Shown: piece by piece, positions 21,491 through 31,992 of the stretch | Numbering within the stretch: the stretch's first letter is position 1 | Layout of the letters: each line of letters starts with the position of its first letter | From: an uncultured Flavobacteriaceae bacterium | GTDB taxonomy: Bacteria; Bacteroidota; Bacteroidia; NS11-12g; UBA955 | Reading direction: 5' to 3' | DNA: 64,000 nt | NCBI GenBank assembly: GCA_964475595.1 | Contig: CAYYXG010000014.1 | Coordinates: forward strand, 1,326-65,325 | The notes under the pieces: model-generated | What the model was told of the DNA's origin: nothing | Database searches by the model: none | Seen by the model: only the letters and a program-made list of their open reading frames with translations | Translations under genes and position numbers: made by a program

Positions 21491-22570
21491 TTACCTCAAA
21501 AATCTAATCTGTAAATTAAGATTAAAAAATAACTTTTCATCCTCTTTGTAAATAGTGCCGAACTCATGTTTTGAACTGCTGGCTGTATCAAATTTAGTAT
21601 TATTCAATAAATAGTTCTCAAATTCGTTTCTATTGTATATATGATAACACAAAATATCACCGTCTTCTTTGACAACTAAATAGCCACCTGTTGCATCAAG
21701 TTCCCCTTCCCATGCTTTTGACGGCATCATGCCTAAGGCTATGTCTGTTAAAAATCGTTTAATCTTATATTTATAAAATGGATGATTATTTTTAAGGTCA
21801 AAATCAAGAGGATTTAATAAGGTTATCTCATCAACTAAATCCTTAGTCTTTGAATGACCCGTGGTGAAGAAAATTAAAATTAATTCTGACAGAATTTCTG
21901 GTAGGGCAGTATCAATCAATCTTAGATTGTTCCCAAAAACAGCACTCTCTGTTTTTCTATAAATAAATTTCCCCGAATAGCTACTGATTTTTTCAATTCT
22001 ATCCTTTATTTTACTTCTTGTATCAATTTCATTAATATTTTGAATTTCTTCATCAGATAAAATGGTATTTTTAATTTCATAAATAAAATTGGTAGTCTTG
22101 CCTGCGTTTAATAGCGTTGATGCACTTCCAAGTTGAGATTTTATACTAAATCCGAGTTCTGGTGTTATTCCTGTCCTTTGGTCATGAATTACTATTCTTA
22201 TGTCGCTTTTTATGGTTGATTTAGCCTTAAGAGAAATACAGTTAAATGATTTAATGAAAGCTTCAATTTCAGGAATTGAGAATGTCGGCGATTTAGTTGA
22301 TTTTAACTTTGAAAGCAGTAAAACCGCATTCTCTCTAAATCTGTTAATAGGAATTTTAAACTCCTCATTTACACCTTTAACAATAATTATATTACCATCG
22401 TAACCATATTCAAAAGTTCCGTTAGATTCATCACGCAGAATTTTAATAATTGGAAATATTAGGCTTTCAATTTTATTTAAATCACTGTCTCCTGTATACA
22501 GCTTTTTATCGGATATGATTTTAAGAAGTGTATATATTTCACTCCATTCACCTATGTTTCCGGTCAGCAT
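21491..22570 (-). CDS. putative type II restriction endonuclease (partner of adjacent Dcm/Vsr)
   Basis: 359 aa with no recognisable motif. Assigned only by its position immediately downstream of the methyltransferase and vsr genes on the same strand. Confidence 0.4.
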   Translation of the reverse strand: MLTGNIGEWSEIYTLLKIISDKKLYTGDSDLNKIESLIFPIIKILRDESNGTFEYGYDGNIIIVKGVNEEFKIPINRFRENAVLLLSKLKSTKSPTFSIPEIEAFIKSFNCISLKAKSTIKSDIRIVIHDQRTGITPELGFSIKSQLGSASTLLNAGKTTNFIYEIKNTILSDEEIQNINEIDTRSKIKDRIEKISSYSGKFIYRKTESAVFGNNLRLIDTALPEILSELILIFFTTGHSKTKDLVDEITLLNPLDFDLKNNHPFYKYKIKRFLTDIALGMMPSKAWEGELDATGGYLVVKEDGDILCYHIYNRNEFENYLLNNTKFDTASSSKHEFGTIYKEDEKLFFNLNLQIRFLR

Positions 22571-22576
22571 TAGAAT

Positions 22577-23848
22577 TTACTTTATTTTATCCAAAATTTG
22601 CTTAGCTGTTGCTTTAATTGCAGGTATGGCCACGGAGTTGCCGAACTGTTTATAAGCAGATGCATCTGCGACAGCATCTATGATAAATTTATCAGGAAAC
22701 CCTTGCAATCTTGCCCATTCTCTGGGAGTCATTTTTCTAATTCCCTCACGATTCACCTCGCCCTTTATGTGGGTAGTAGGGGTGTAGTCCGTAATTCTAT
22801 TGTCAATCACAAGGTTTCTTTCGCGGCCCATACCACCGCAAACCACAGCATTAGCAATGTCGTCATCAGATATGATTTGATATCCAAAACCATTGCCTTT
22901 ATGCTCATGTCTGGCTTTATGATTTTTTAATGTTTGCAAATACTGTGTCGATAGAAAGAACTTGGTAGCCGGAACATTCTTCTCCTTGATGTCGGCAAAA
23001 GTTACTTTTTTATTAGAAGGTTGAGGGTACTCAAATTCGTTTATGCCAAGGTCTTTCCTGAAGCCAACAATAAAAATCCTTTCTCTATTTTGCGGGACTT
23101 CAAAATCTTTTGCATTTATAATTTGAGGTTCGGGTACATAATAACCAAGGTCGTCTCGTAACACATGTAAAATGGTTGATAGTGTCTTGCCTTTATCATG
23201 ATTTCTGAGGCCCTTTACATTTTCCAAGAAAAATGCTTTAGGTTGTTTTCGCTGAATGATTTCTGCCACATCAAAAAATAATGTTCCTCTAGTATCTTCA
23301 AATCCGCCTCTTTTGCCAGCAATAGAGAAAGCTTGACAAGGGAAACCGGCACAGAGAACATCAAATCCATTAGGAATATAACTTTTTGTAAGTTCTTTTG
23401 TGATATCACCGAAAGGCACTTCCCCGAAGTTGGCACGATAAGTTTTCTGCGCTTCTTTATCCCATTCGCTTGTAAAAACACATTTACCTCCCAAACTTTG
23501 CATGGCTAATCTAAAACCACCGATACCTGCAAATAAATCAATGAATTTGAACGTATAATTTTCGGGAGTCGGAAAAGGAACAGCATTTACCTCAAAAAGC
23601 AATTGTTGCAGTGCCTTATCCGAGACTAAGTTCAGACCATCATTTTCATTTTTATATTCTACGTATTCGCTAATTGCCTTAATGGCATCTTCCTCAAAAT
23701 GGCTCGAGACACCGTTGTCGCGGTTATGTAGATAATGTGTCACAATAGCCTTTTTAACATTGGAAACACCCTGTTCTTGTGTTCTAAAAATTTTGTCTTC
23801 AAACTGGTCGATGCTTATTTTCTTTTTTAAACTCATAAATGGCTTCAA
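22577..23848 (-). CDS. DNA (cytosine-5)-methyltransferase
   Basis: 423 aa. Motif I FIDLFAGIGGFRLA, motif IV GFPCQAFSIAGKRGG, motif VI ENVKGL, motif VIII QNRERIFIVGF. Confidence 0.9.
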   Translation of the reverse strand: MKPFMSLKKKISIDQFEDKIFRTQEQGVSNVKKAIVTHYLHNRDNGVSSHFEEDAIKAISEYVEYKNENDGLNLVSDKALQQLLFEVNAVPFPTPENYTFKFIDLFAGIGGFRLAMQSLGGKCVFTSEWDKEAQKTYRANFGEVPFGDITKELTKSYIPNGFDVLCAGFPCQAFSIAGKRGGFEDTRGTLFFDVAEIIQRKQPKAFFLENVKGLRNHDKGKTLSTILHVLRDDLGYYVPEPQIINAKDFEVPQNRERIFIVGFRKDLGINEFEYPQPSNKKVTFADIKEKNVPATKFFLSTQYLQTLKNHKARHEHKGNGFGYQIISDDDIANAVVCGGMGRERNLVIDNRITDYTPTTHIKGEVNREGIRKMTPREWARLQGFPDKFIIDAVADASAYKQFGNSVAIPAIKATAKQILDKIK

Positions 23849-24239
23849 TAATTTTGTCCGTGCAATTTCGCAAGTTTTTGGTAATGTCCTTGCCCCAAAA
23901 ACGCAAAACTTTCCACCCTGATTTCAACAATTCTTCATTAACCTCAATATCTCGCTGAATGTTTCGCTCTATTTTGTTATGCCAAAACTGTTGGTTGGAC
24001 TTATGGTCGTACTTGCGCTTTTCCCAGTCCTTGCCATGCCAAAACTCGCTGTCAACAAAAATGGCCAGCTTATATCTTTTCATGGTAAGATCGGGCTTGC
24101 CAAAAACTGTCTTGTCATTTTTTCTGTAGCGATAGCCCATAGACCAAAGCTCCCGCGCAAGTGCCTTTTCTATCTTTGATCCTGCCGATTTAACGGCTCG
24201 CATGTTTTTACTCCTGGCACTATGTGTTGATATATTCAT
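23799..24239 (-). CDS. vsr: very short patch repair endonuclease
   Basis: 146 aa. N-terminal RSKNMRAVKS and GKPDL...AIFVDSEFWHGK...WKVLRFW match the Vsr family. Overlaps the methyltransferase gene by ~50 nt. Confidence 0.8.
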   Translation of the reverse strand: MNISTHSARSKNMRAVKSAGSKIEKALARELWSMGYRYRKNDKTVFGKPDLTMKRYKLAIFVDSEFWHGKDWEKRKYDHKSNQQFWHNKIERNIQRDIEVNEELLKSGWKVLRFWGKDITKNLRNCTDKIIEAIYEFKKENKHRPV

Positions 24240-24316
24240 AGCATGTAAACTACAAATTTCAAATATAGCTTATATGGATTTTATTTAAGCGATATATTAG
24301 TATATTTGCAATATTA

Positions 24317-24565
24317 ATGACTATAAACAGTAAAACATCAAGCTCCTCAAAACGAAATAGGTTTGAAAAAGTTGCTTCGAATCGAGTAAGCAAGATAATA
24401 GGCCTACTTGATCTTTTGGGAAACTGCGCCAACAAACACAACTACGATTATTCAGAAAAAGATGTAGAATTGATGTTCAGAGAAATTAACCGAGCTTTAA
24501 AAGAATCCAGGGCTCAGTTCAGCAGACAGAGAACCAAATCCAATAAAAGTATATTTAAATTCTAA
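24317..24565 (+). CDS. small basic hypothetical protein upstream of GHKL ATPase
   Basis: 82-aa ORF, K/R/S-rich, 8 nt upstream of the next gene. Confidence 0.3.
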   Translation: MTINSKTSSSSKRNRFEKVASNRVSKIIGLLDLLGNCANKHNYDYSEKDVELMFREINRALKESRAQFSRQRTKSNKSIFKF

Positions 24566-24573
24566 AATAAAAT

Positions 24574-26526
24574 ATGGAAAACAATTGTAAATGGCATTTC
24601 GATAAAAGCGGCATTTCGATTACGGGGCCAAACGACGCAATTCACGAAGTATTCAGAGCCAATCCTTACTATTCTATCGTTCGAGAAGCTGTTCAAAATA
24701 GCCTGGATGCCGTTGATAATGAAGAAGAGCCGGTTAAAGTGGTGTTTGAATTTGATTCTATAGAGAAGCAGTCATATCCAAATTTATTTGCAATAAAAGA
24801 ACATATCGTGGCCTGTTGGCAATTTCATCGTGGAGATGTACAAGCAGAAAAACACTTCAAGCCCATGTCTAATTACATAGACAGACATCATAAAATTAGA
24901 TTCTTGCGGATTGGAGACTATAATACCAAAGGAATGGAGTATTCGACAGTCGACAACAATAGTCCGTTTGTCTCTTTCGTTCGAGGTGAGGGAAAGAGCG
25001 CCAAACAAGCAGGATCGGGCGGCTCCTTTGGCTTTGGTAAAGGAGCGTATTATGTTTTATCACCAATAAAAACCCTGCTGATATCAACCAAAACAAAGGG
25101 AGGGAATGTGTTTTTTGAGGGCAGAACTAGGTTGGCGACACATCAAATCAATGATGAATTGTTCTCTAGAGATGGATTTTATAATGTAAATTATGTAACA
25201 CCTGTTTCAACAGAAGCCGACATGCCAAGGCTATTCATACGAAATGAATCAGGAACAGATGTTTATATCATTGGTTTGATAGAAGCACAAAACAGAAAAC
25301 AAGAAATAATCAAATCAGTTTTAAACAATTTTTGGCTGGCAATACACGATAAGAAATTAGAAGTAGAAATAATTGAAAATGGCGATAGCACGCATATTGC
25401 GAAGGACACCCTCGAAAATATGATTGAATCATATTTTCCGGATATCTTGGAAAAAGGCAAAGCCACTGATATTACAAGTTGGAATCCAAAATCTTACTAC
25501 AAAGCAGTAAGATATTCCGGGCAAAATGAAGATTACCCATATTTTGAGGAGACCCTTCCTAATTTGGGTAATGTAAAATTGTATGTATATCTTGATAAAA
25601 GCCTGCCAAACAGGATTGCTTACTTGAGAAAACCAAGGATGGTTGTTCAAAAGAAAACTATCAATAGTTTAAATGGATATGTGGCGGTTCTGCTTTGTGA
25701 TAATAATGTGGGAAATGAACTGTTGCGACAAATGGAAAATTCGGCTCACAACGAGTGGAAAACTGAGAACTGCAGAGATGATACAAACCAATCTAATATT
25801 AATCAGGCATACAAAGAACTCAATCAATTCATTAATAACAAATTAGAAATGCTTTCCAAAGTTGATGCACAAAGCAGTGTAGCATTTTTAGGCTTGGAGG
25901 AGTTTTTGGCAATTCCGGATGATTTGATTGAAAAAGACGAAGATTCAAACCTGACGGGAGAGAGTGACAATGAATTTTCAGGAGCAGCCACAAACAGGCC
26001 GAACGAAGGTGAAACAGGCATGCAAACCACCAATACTTTCGGAAAAGTTCAAATTACACCAACAATCATTAAACCTAATAATATAAAAGAGGACAAAAAC
26101 ATAGAGCAAGCGGAAGATGGAACGGAAATTATGATGACGGGTGGAGATAACGAATCCGATGGGGGCGATATGCCTGGCCTTGAAGAAGGTGATTCCAAAA
26201 CTATCGGCATGTCGGGTGATGGCAATGAAAATAATCGCGTACCTGTTATTGTGCAATTAAAAATAGCTGCCCAATTTGAGGGTGGCGTATGGTATCATAA
26301 TCTTATAATTAACGCAGTTAAAAGTATTGCAAAAGCTGAAATAGAATTACTGGCAGGTGGAGATAATGAGGATGAAAAAGGAGTAAGTATTGCAACCGCT
26401 AATTCTGGTATAATACAAGGAAACATTTTAAAGAATGTTCAATTGAACACTGGTAAAAATATTATAAGGGTCAGTTTTAACAACAACATAAAACAGTCAT
26501 TAAAAATAAAAGCCTATGAACTTTAA
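24574..26526 (+). CDS. GHKL-superfamily ATPase (HATPase_c_3 / paraMORC-like)
   Basis: 650 aa. N-box VREAVQNSLDA, G1 box IGDYNTKGM, G2 box GSGGSFGFGKGA. Confidence 0.7.
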   Translation: MENNCKWHFDKSGISITGPNDAIHEVFRANPYYSIVREAVQNSLDAVDNEEEPVKVVFEFDSIEKQSYPNLFAIKEHIVACWQFHRGDVQAEKHFKPMSNYIDRHHKIRFLRIGDYNTKGMEYSTVDNNSPFVSFVRGEGKSAKQAGSGGSFGFGKGAYYVLSPIKTLLISTKTKGGNVFFEGRTRLATHQINDELFSRDGFYNVNYVTPVSTEADMPRLFIRNESGTDVYIIGLIEAQNRKQEIIKSVLNNFWLAIHDKKLEVEIIENGDSTHIAKDTLENMIESYFPDILEKGKATDITSWNPKSYYKAVRYSGQNEDYPYFEETLPNLGNVKLYVYLDKSLPNRIAYLRKPRMVVQKKTINSLNGYVAVLLCDNNVGNELLRQMENSAHNEWKTENCRDDTNQSNINQAYKELNQFINNKLEMLSKVDAQSSVAFLGLEEFLAIPDDLIEKDEDSNLTGESDNEFSGAATNRPNEGETGMQTTNTFGKVQITPTIIKPNNIKEDKNIEQAEDGTEIMMTGGDNESDGGDMPGLEEGDSKTIGMSGDGNENNRVPVIVQLKIAAQFEGGVWYHNLIINAVKSIAKAEIELLAGGDNEDEKGVSIATANSGIIQGNILKNVQLNTGKNIIRVSFNNNIKQSLKIKAYEL

Positions 26527-27370
26527 TAACATTTCTTTGCCACATCCGGTTTTAAGATCTAACTATGATGATATTGCAAGTAGGATTGCTTTAGATCCAC
26601 CTCCAAACATTACCGAAAGCAACAATACCTATTATATTACTGTTACGTGTGAGCATGATAATTCTGATTTACATGAATTGATTAAATCCGAAAAGGCTGA
26701 ATATTATTGTGAAGTCACATGTTCCCATACTCTATACAGGAGCTTTGTAACATCTCAAGATAAAACACTATTCATCGAAATTCCCAAAAAACACCTAAAA
26801 GGCAAAGTTGAATTCTCATGCGCATTATTAGCAAAATCATCGTTTTCAGAATATCAAAACAGCAATGCTCATCATGATTATACAGGTTTCCGTTTTGAAA
26901 TCGAATCGGGAGATATATTGGCGTTTTTCGGTAAATTTACTTTCAATGCTGATATCAGATATGAAAAACTAAAAGCAGTATCTTCCTTTATGGAAGTAGT
27001 GGCAAATGAGGATAATAATGTTATTTATACAAATGTTAATTTGAACAAAAATAAAATCGAAGTACAATTGCCTATAGAAGATTACAATCTATTTGCAAAC
27101 GACAGCATATCTAAAGAACCAAAATTTGCATCCGTCTTTCACTCATCAATTGTATTGAATGCACTGTTGATTGCTTTGTATAAAATTGAACATTTCGAGG
27201 ATAAATTGTGGGCTAAAACCATTGAATACCGACTTAATGAAGAAAATATCTCTTTAGATGAAGACAACATTCCTGAAATTGCCCAAAAGCTTTTGGGAAA
27301 TCCTTATAAAAGACTTATAGAAGATCTTCACAATATTACAGTTAATCAACATTCAAGCATCAACGAATAG
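26516..27370 (+). CDS. hypothetical protein (operon partner of GHKL ATPase)
   Basis: 284 aa. Start overlaps the ATPase stop by 11 nt. Confidence 0.5.
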   Translation: MNFNNISLPHPVLRSNYDDIASRIALDPPPNITESNNTYYITVTCEHDNSDLHELIKSEKAEYYCEVTCSHTLYRSFVTSQDKTLFIEIPKKHLKGKVEFSCALLAKSSFSEYQNSNAHHDYTGFRFEIESGDILAFFGKFTFNADIRYEKLKAVSSFMEVVANEDNNVIYTNVNLNKNKIEVQLPIEDYNLFANDSISKEPKFASVFHSSIVLNALLIALYKIEHFEDKLWAKTIEYRLNEENISLDEDNIPEIAQKLLGNPYKRLIEDLHNITVNQHSSINE

Positions 27371-27374
27371 CACT

Positions 27375-28097
27375 ATGAATAAACAACTTGTTTTTAGAGA
27401 AAAATACCTTCAAAAACTTAGGGAAGAGATCAATGTTGAAAGATACCAAAGCAGTGAATTTGTATACGACAGGAAACAAACCCTTATGATGGCCAACATA
27501 ATCCAACCCCTGGATTTGGTTGGAAAACTTAACCACAAAGACGATTTTATTTCCGCTATAGCTATTTATGAAGCATATAAAAATCTAGAACCTATTCAGG
27601 CTTCCGATGAACGTTTCTGGGGCTATTTGGCACATGTTGATTTATATCAATACATGATTAAACGATGGCCAAAAGTGATTAACATAGAAGAAAGCAATCC
27701 GATAAAATATATTAGGGACCACTGGTTTATGGGCACTACATCACAAGGGAACCTCATGCGTCATTCACTGGCAGGACTATGGTGGTCGGTGCATTTAACA
27801 GTTGACGAACAAAGGACAAACAAATATGAATTGACTGAAGTTCTATTCAGTAATCAAACACTTAGAACAAGAACACTCGGTAATTACAGGTTATTTAGAC
27901 ATAAAGAAGCTGTAATTGGTTTGCTTGAATTTTGTAAAGAAAACAAATCTATTTTGAAGAACTTTGATAAGCAGCACCAACAATTAACAGAGCATTTGAA
28001 TTTAATTGGAGGGGTGAAATTTCTAGCTTACCGAGATAGAGATTTCTTTAAATTAGAGCTACTTAAGATACTACCCTTATTGAATAAGAGTAGTTAA
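27375..28097 (+). CDS. hypothetical protein (operon partner of GHKL ATPase)
   Basis: 240 aa. Begins 4 nt after the previous stop. Confidence 0.5.
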   Translation: MNKQLVFREKYLQKLREEINVERYQSSEFVYDRKQTLMMANIIQPLDLVGKLNHKDDFISAIAIYEAYKNLEPIQASDERFWGYLAHVDLYQYMIKRWPKVINIEESNPIKYIRDHWFMGTTSQGNLMRHSLAGLWWSVHLTVDEQRTNKYELTEVLFSNQTLRTRTLGNYRLFRHKEAVIGLLEFCKENKSILKNFDKQHQQLTEHLNLIGGVKFLAYRDRDFFKLELLKILPLLNKSS

Positions 28098-28162
28098 TTT
28101 TATAAATATTGGATTGTATATAATTATATATGTATTCGGAAATGTTACATTGTTCTATATTT

Positions 28163-29659
28163 TTATTTTTTGGATAAAGCAAGGATTCCTTTTTTAATCT
28201 TTCCTGTTATTATTCTATTTAGAACACCTTCCTTTAAATCTAATATTTTTTGTAAAACCGCTATTACTATATCTTCAACAGAATTCCTTTCATCATAGTA
28301 AACATCTGATTCACTAATTTGAGTTAGACCAGTTTGCCTTATTCTAATTACCGGATGCCCATTAGCTTTTAAAAATTCTGTTTTCTCTATATCTTTTTGT
28401 AGCGAATTTTTATGCGTATGAAATGGATCATATTCCAATCCCAAGTGTATCTCCGGAATCCAAATATCTATTGAAGGTATGCTGTTCCTAAACTTAAGCC
28501 CGCTTATTTTGTAGGGAGAATCAGGTATTTGGCTAAAATACATTTGCAAAAGTTTCCTAATTTCTGCTTCAGCTTTTGATGTACCTTGTTTATTCCTTCG
28601 CGTTGAGCATTGAGGACATCCCGTTTTATTTACCCCAGTCCTATTTGCCGGTGTAGCTATCCAGCAGAAACCACAGGTAGGATTCGAACAAATCCAGTTA
28701 ATCTGCTTACTTGATTTTAACGAAACTTTTTCTATTGAATAACCTTTTTTAATATTTGCTTCAGCGTCCCATTCTTCACTTAATAATTTATCAGATGCAA
28801 CACTCTTTTCAGGACTTGTTATAATATTTTTGCAATACGGACAACCTGTTGGCTTGTTCTTTTTAATCCTGTTGTATAAAATAGAATGATATTTGTGTCC
28901 AATTGGGCATATCCAATGTAATTCTGTGGAGCTTAAATTTTTGGCAGTATATTTAAAAGGATTTAGATTGTTTTTTTCAAAGTCCCATTCATTAATTATT
29001 AAATCTAAATGTGTTGAAGCAAGACAATTTTTTAAAGTAGCCGTTTTATCCCTACATTGGGGACAACCTTCCCTATTACTAGTTCTTTTTCTGACCTCAT
29101 TTTCCCATTTAAACTGACACACATGACATACCCATCCGACCTTTGCTTTACTTCCCGGCAATATATCTTGAGCAGTATTTTTATTTACAAACTCATCATA
29201 ATCTTTAGCAATCTCAGGATATTCAGTTTCAAGATTGTATTCCTTTGATGCTAATTTATGGGCACAGTAAGGACATCCCGTAGGTTTAATGCGTGCTCTT
29301 GAATTTATTTGTGCTTCCCATTTATGTTTTAACTTTGTACATTCCCAAGTAACTTTATCCGTGCTTCCCGCAACAACCTCCGAAGGTGATTTTGCATTAT
29401 CACGAGACCACTCTGAAACTAAATGCGGATGAGTGGAAGCCAAGCAATTTCTTGTATTTACTCTATGATTTTGACAGTAATGGCAGTCACGCCCCCTAAC
29501 TAAACGATTATACATACTTGCCTCCCATTCATCTCCAAACTTCACGCATTTCCACTTAAATTGCATTCTCGAATCATCCTTATGCTTGAGTGCATCCTCA
29601 AATTCAAGGACATTATCATTGGAATACTCTAATTTTAAAATATCTAATCTGTTTTGCAT
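28163..29659 (-). CDS. multi-Zn-ribbon protein with C-terminal Vsr/DUF559-like endonuclease-fold domain
   Basis: 498 aa. At least five repeats of W.C...H.W......R.....GCP.C (e.g. WECTKLKHKWEAQINSRARIKPTGCPYCAHK). C-terminus GLEYDPFHTH...GHPVIRIR. Confidence 0.55.
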   Translation of the reverse strand: MQNRLDILKLEYSNDNVLEFEDALKHKDDSRMQFKWKCVKFGDEWEASMYNRLVRGRDCHYCQNHRVNTRNCLASTHPHLVSEWSRDNAKSPSEVVAGSTDKVTWECTKLKHKWEAQINSRARIKPTGCPYCAHKLASKEYNLETEYPEIAKDYDEFVNKNTAQDILPGSKAKVGWVCHVCQFKWENEVRKRTSNREGCPQCRDKTATLKNCLASTHLDLIINEWDFEKNNLNPFKYTAKNLSSTELHWICPIGHKYHSILYNRIKKNKPTGCPYCKNIITSPEKSVASDKLLSEEWDAEANIKKGYSIEKVSLKSSKQINWICSNPTCGFCWIATPANRTGVNKTGCPQCSTRRNKQGTSKAEAEIRKLLQMYFSQIPDSPYKISGLKFRNSIPSIDIWIPEIHLGLEYDPFHTHKNSLQKDIEKTEFLKANGHPVIRIRQTGLTQISESDVYYDERNSVEDIVIAVLQKILDLKEGVLNRIITGKIKKGILALSKK

Positions 29660-29689
29660 TTAATATACTATTACTCCACAACAAAATAT

Positions 29690-30313
29690 TTATCTAATCC
29701 ATAAATTTTTTGTTTCAAATTCCAATTTACAGCTCAATATTCGCTGATTTGTCAACCTTTGTATGAAAGATTGAATATTATTATATGTCATTTTATTATC
29801 TAATTTTGACCAAGGCACCTTATAGCCATCAATTATAAATCTTGCCTGTCCCCCAATTATAATTATATTGTTTAAATCCTCCGCGTTATATTTCCGTTTT
29901 AGTTCAAGAAGTACAATATTATCAATAGGAGCATGAAAATAAGAAAAACTATTAACCAAAAACTTATGTAGTTCATTAAATTTACTATCTTTTTCTGAGT
30001 AATAAAAACAGAAATAATACTTAAATAATATATTAATGACTTTCTGACTTTGGCCAAATGTTAAATTGCCAATTGTTTGAACTTTTTCAGCAGCAGCGTA
30101 AAACCAAACATCAAATTCACCCTGATTTTTAAATTTGAATCTAGGATCATATAACTCAGTATATAGAAATTCTTTAATCTCGGTTCTTTGGGCATTTGTG
30201 GTACCTCCTCTGTTGGTTCTCTGCATGGTGGCAAAAGTTGCTGTAAACCATTTATCTCTATTGAAGGCTTGAAGCCCTATAGTTTCGCAAAAATCAACAC
30301 AAAACTTTTTCAT
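29690..30313 (-). CDS. hypothetical protein
   Basis: 207-aa ORF in the AT-rich island. No motif recognised. Confidence 0.4.
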   Translation of the reverse strand: MKKFCVDFCETIGLQAFNRDKWFTATFATMQRTNRGGTTNAQRTEIKEFLYTELYDPRFKFKNQGEFDVWFYAAAEKVQTIGNLTFGQSQKVINILFKYYFCFYYSEKDSKFNELHKFLVNSFSYFHAPIDNIVLLELKRKYNAEDLNNIIIIGGQARFIIDGYKVPWSKLDNKMTYNNIQSFIQRLTNQRILSCKLEFETKNLWIR

Positions 30314-30377
30314 TTAGTTACGTAATTCACTAACAAAAATACTAATTATATTGATAAATACAAGTTGCAGACACATC

Positions 30378-30647
30378 CTACCCGCATTCCCGGAACCATT
30401 TCACAAAGTTTTGTGCAACGGTATTCAGGTCAAAATCCTGCGTTAGGGCTTCGGCCAGGCAAAAGGTCATGGAGCTGTCGTCCGACCATGTACCAGGCGG
30501 CAGGTTGTATGTACCATAACCGATCATATCAGTTACAGGATTTTTTCTTATGGTTTCGCGGCTCTTAAATTCAATGGGCACGCCCAAAGCGTCACCCACG
30601 GCTAAGCCAAACAGTACGGATTGAATGTGGTGACGAGTGGGATGCAT
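30378..30647 (-). pseudogene. duplicated 5' fragment (codons 1-~88) of the ADP-ribosylglycohydrolase gene
   Basis: ~95% nt identity to 20736-21001. Identity begins ~8 bp upstream of the ATG and ends abruptly at tggt|gctatgag vs tggt|tccgggaa. Stop after 89 codons. Confidence 0.75.
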
Positions 30648-30899
30648 ATGAAGCCTTAATAGATTTTATTGCCACTGTTGTTTTTTGATGATATTTATAT
30701 TCTAGAAAAATTTTGTAACAAACTTGAGCCTACACAATGAAATTCTTTTTTTATTTTCAAAAATAAACAATCTGTATATCTCATTTAGGCACCCATCCAT
30801 ATACGCCCGAAATAATCCTGACATTATTCATCAAAGTATACATTGTTTTCATGATGGTTGCCTAATAAATGGCTCAAGACAATGATAATACAATCATCA

Positions 30900-31520
30900 A
30901 CAAACCAAATGTGTGGAAAAATATAACACACACATATTGCGCGATTATCTGACGGTATATAACAACCTTCCTTGCCATTATACAATCATTAAACGTTCAA
31001 TCGTGATTATCGATGTTCTTATACCACAAACAATCGCGATGATTAATCATGATATACAAATTTGCTTTGCGATTAATCAGATCAACCATTTCTGCGCCTC
31101 CAGATAATCAAGTTCAACATACATTTTATATGGTCTCGTTCCGCGATTAATATAATTGCATTATTCAGCAATCACGACATATAAACAGCCAATGAGAATG
31201 TGTGTGTCAATCATCACATTTAACCGACTATCGATAATAATCAATACGGTCTCATTTTACGTTCAATACAATTGCACTCTCAATATATCATAATATATTA
31301 ACGACAATCCCGACTCAATATACATCATACATCTGACATGCCGTCACAATACAATGTTGATTAATCATAAATGGTGTTAAAATCCTGTGAATTCACGGAA
31401 ATTTATCACAAGCAAAATAGCTGGTTTATCATTGTCATTTTTCACATTTTGTTTGTTGATAGCATGTTTGTCATAGCTCGTGTTATATCATTGATCATTT
31501 ATCATTTTATTGATTTATAC
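30900..31520. repeat. non-coding AT-rich region with reiterated palindromic TGATTAATCA / CGCGATTA motifs
   Basis: No ORF longer than 64 aa across 30650-32020. At least 8 copies of GATTA(A)TCA-type motifs, including the 12-bp palindrome ATGATTAATCAT. Further ATCATT reiterations at 31420-31520. Confidence 0.45.
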
Positions 31521-31956
31521 CAGGCCCAGAATATTCCAAAAACAAAATGATTGTTGTTTATCATCGTTCATACTTTGATATACATAAACTGTATTATCCG
31601 GGAACAGCGAAAAGACCGATTCGATTATTTGTTTGTTAGCCGATATATCAAGTTGGATGGTGTATGTTGTTTATTCATCCAATCCTTCCAAAATTACAAT
31701 GGCTGAATTTGATGATTATCTGAGTATCCAACTCAAACCACTATCCCAAAAAATTGATGGTGCGTAAAAGTGGTAAATGGAATAATGACACTTTGAATGT
31801 TAACCTTCACGAAATTTTACATTCATGTATATAATTTATACGAAACAGAATCTACTGAAAATACCGGCGATGAATGAAAACATATGCTGGTCAAAAAAAG
31901 CCATTGAAAAAGCGATCACATCTTTCTTTGAGAGTATTTCACCAAACCCCTTAAAG

Positions 31957-31992
31957 TAAAAAAGCCAACTACCCTGGGCAGTTGGCTTTTTC
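31957..31992. terminator. bidirectional rho-independent terminator
   Basis: aaaaa-agccaact-accctgggc-agttggct-ttttt. Confidence 0.5.
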
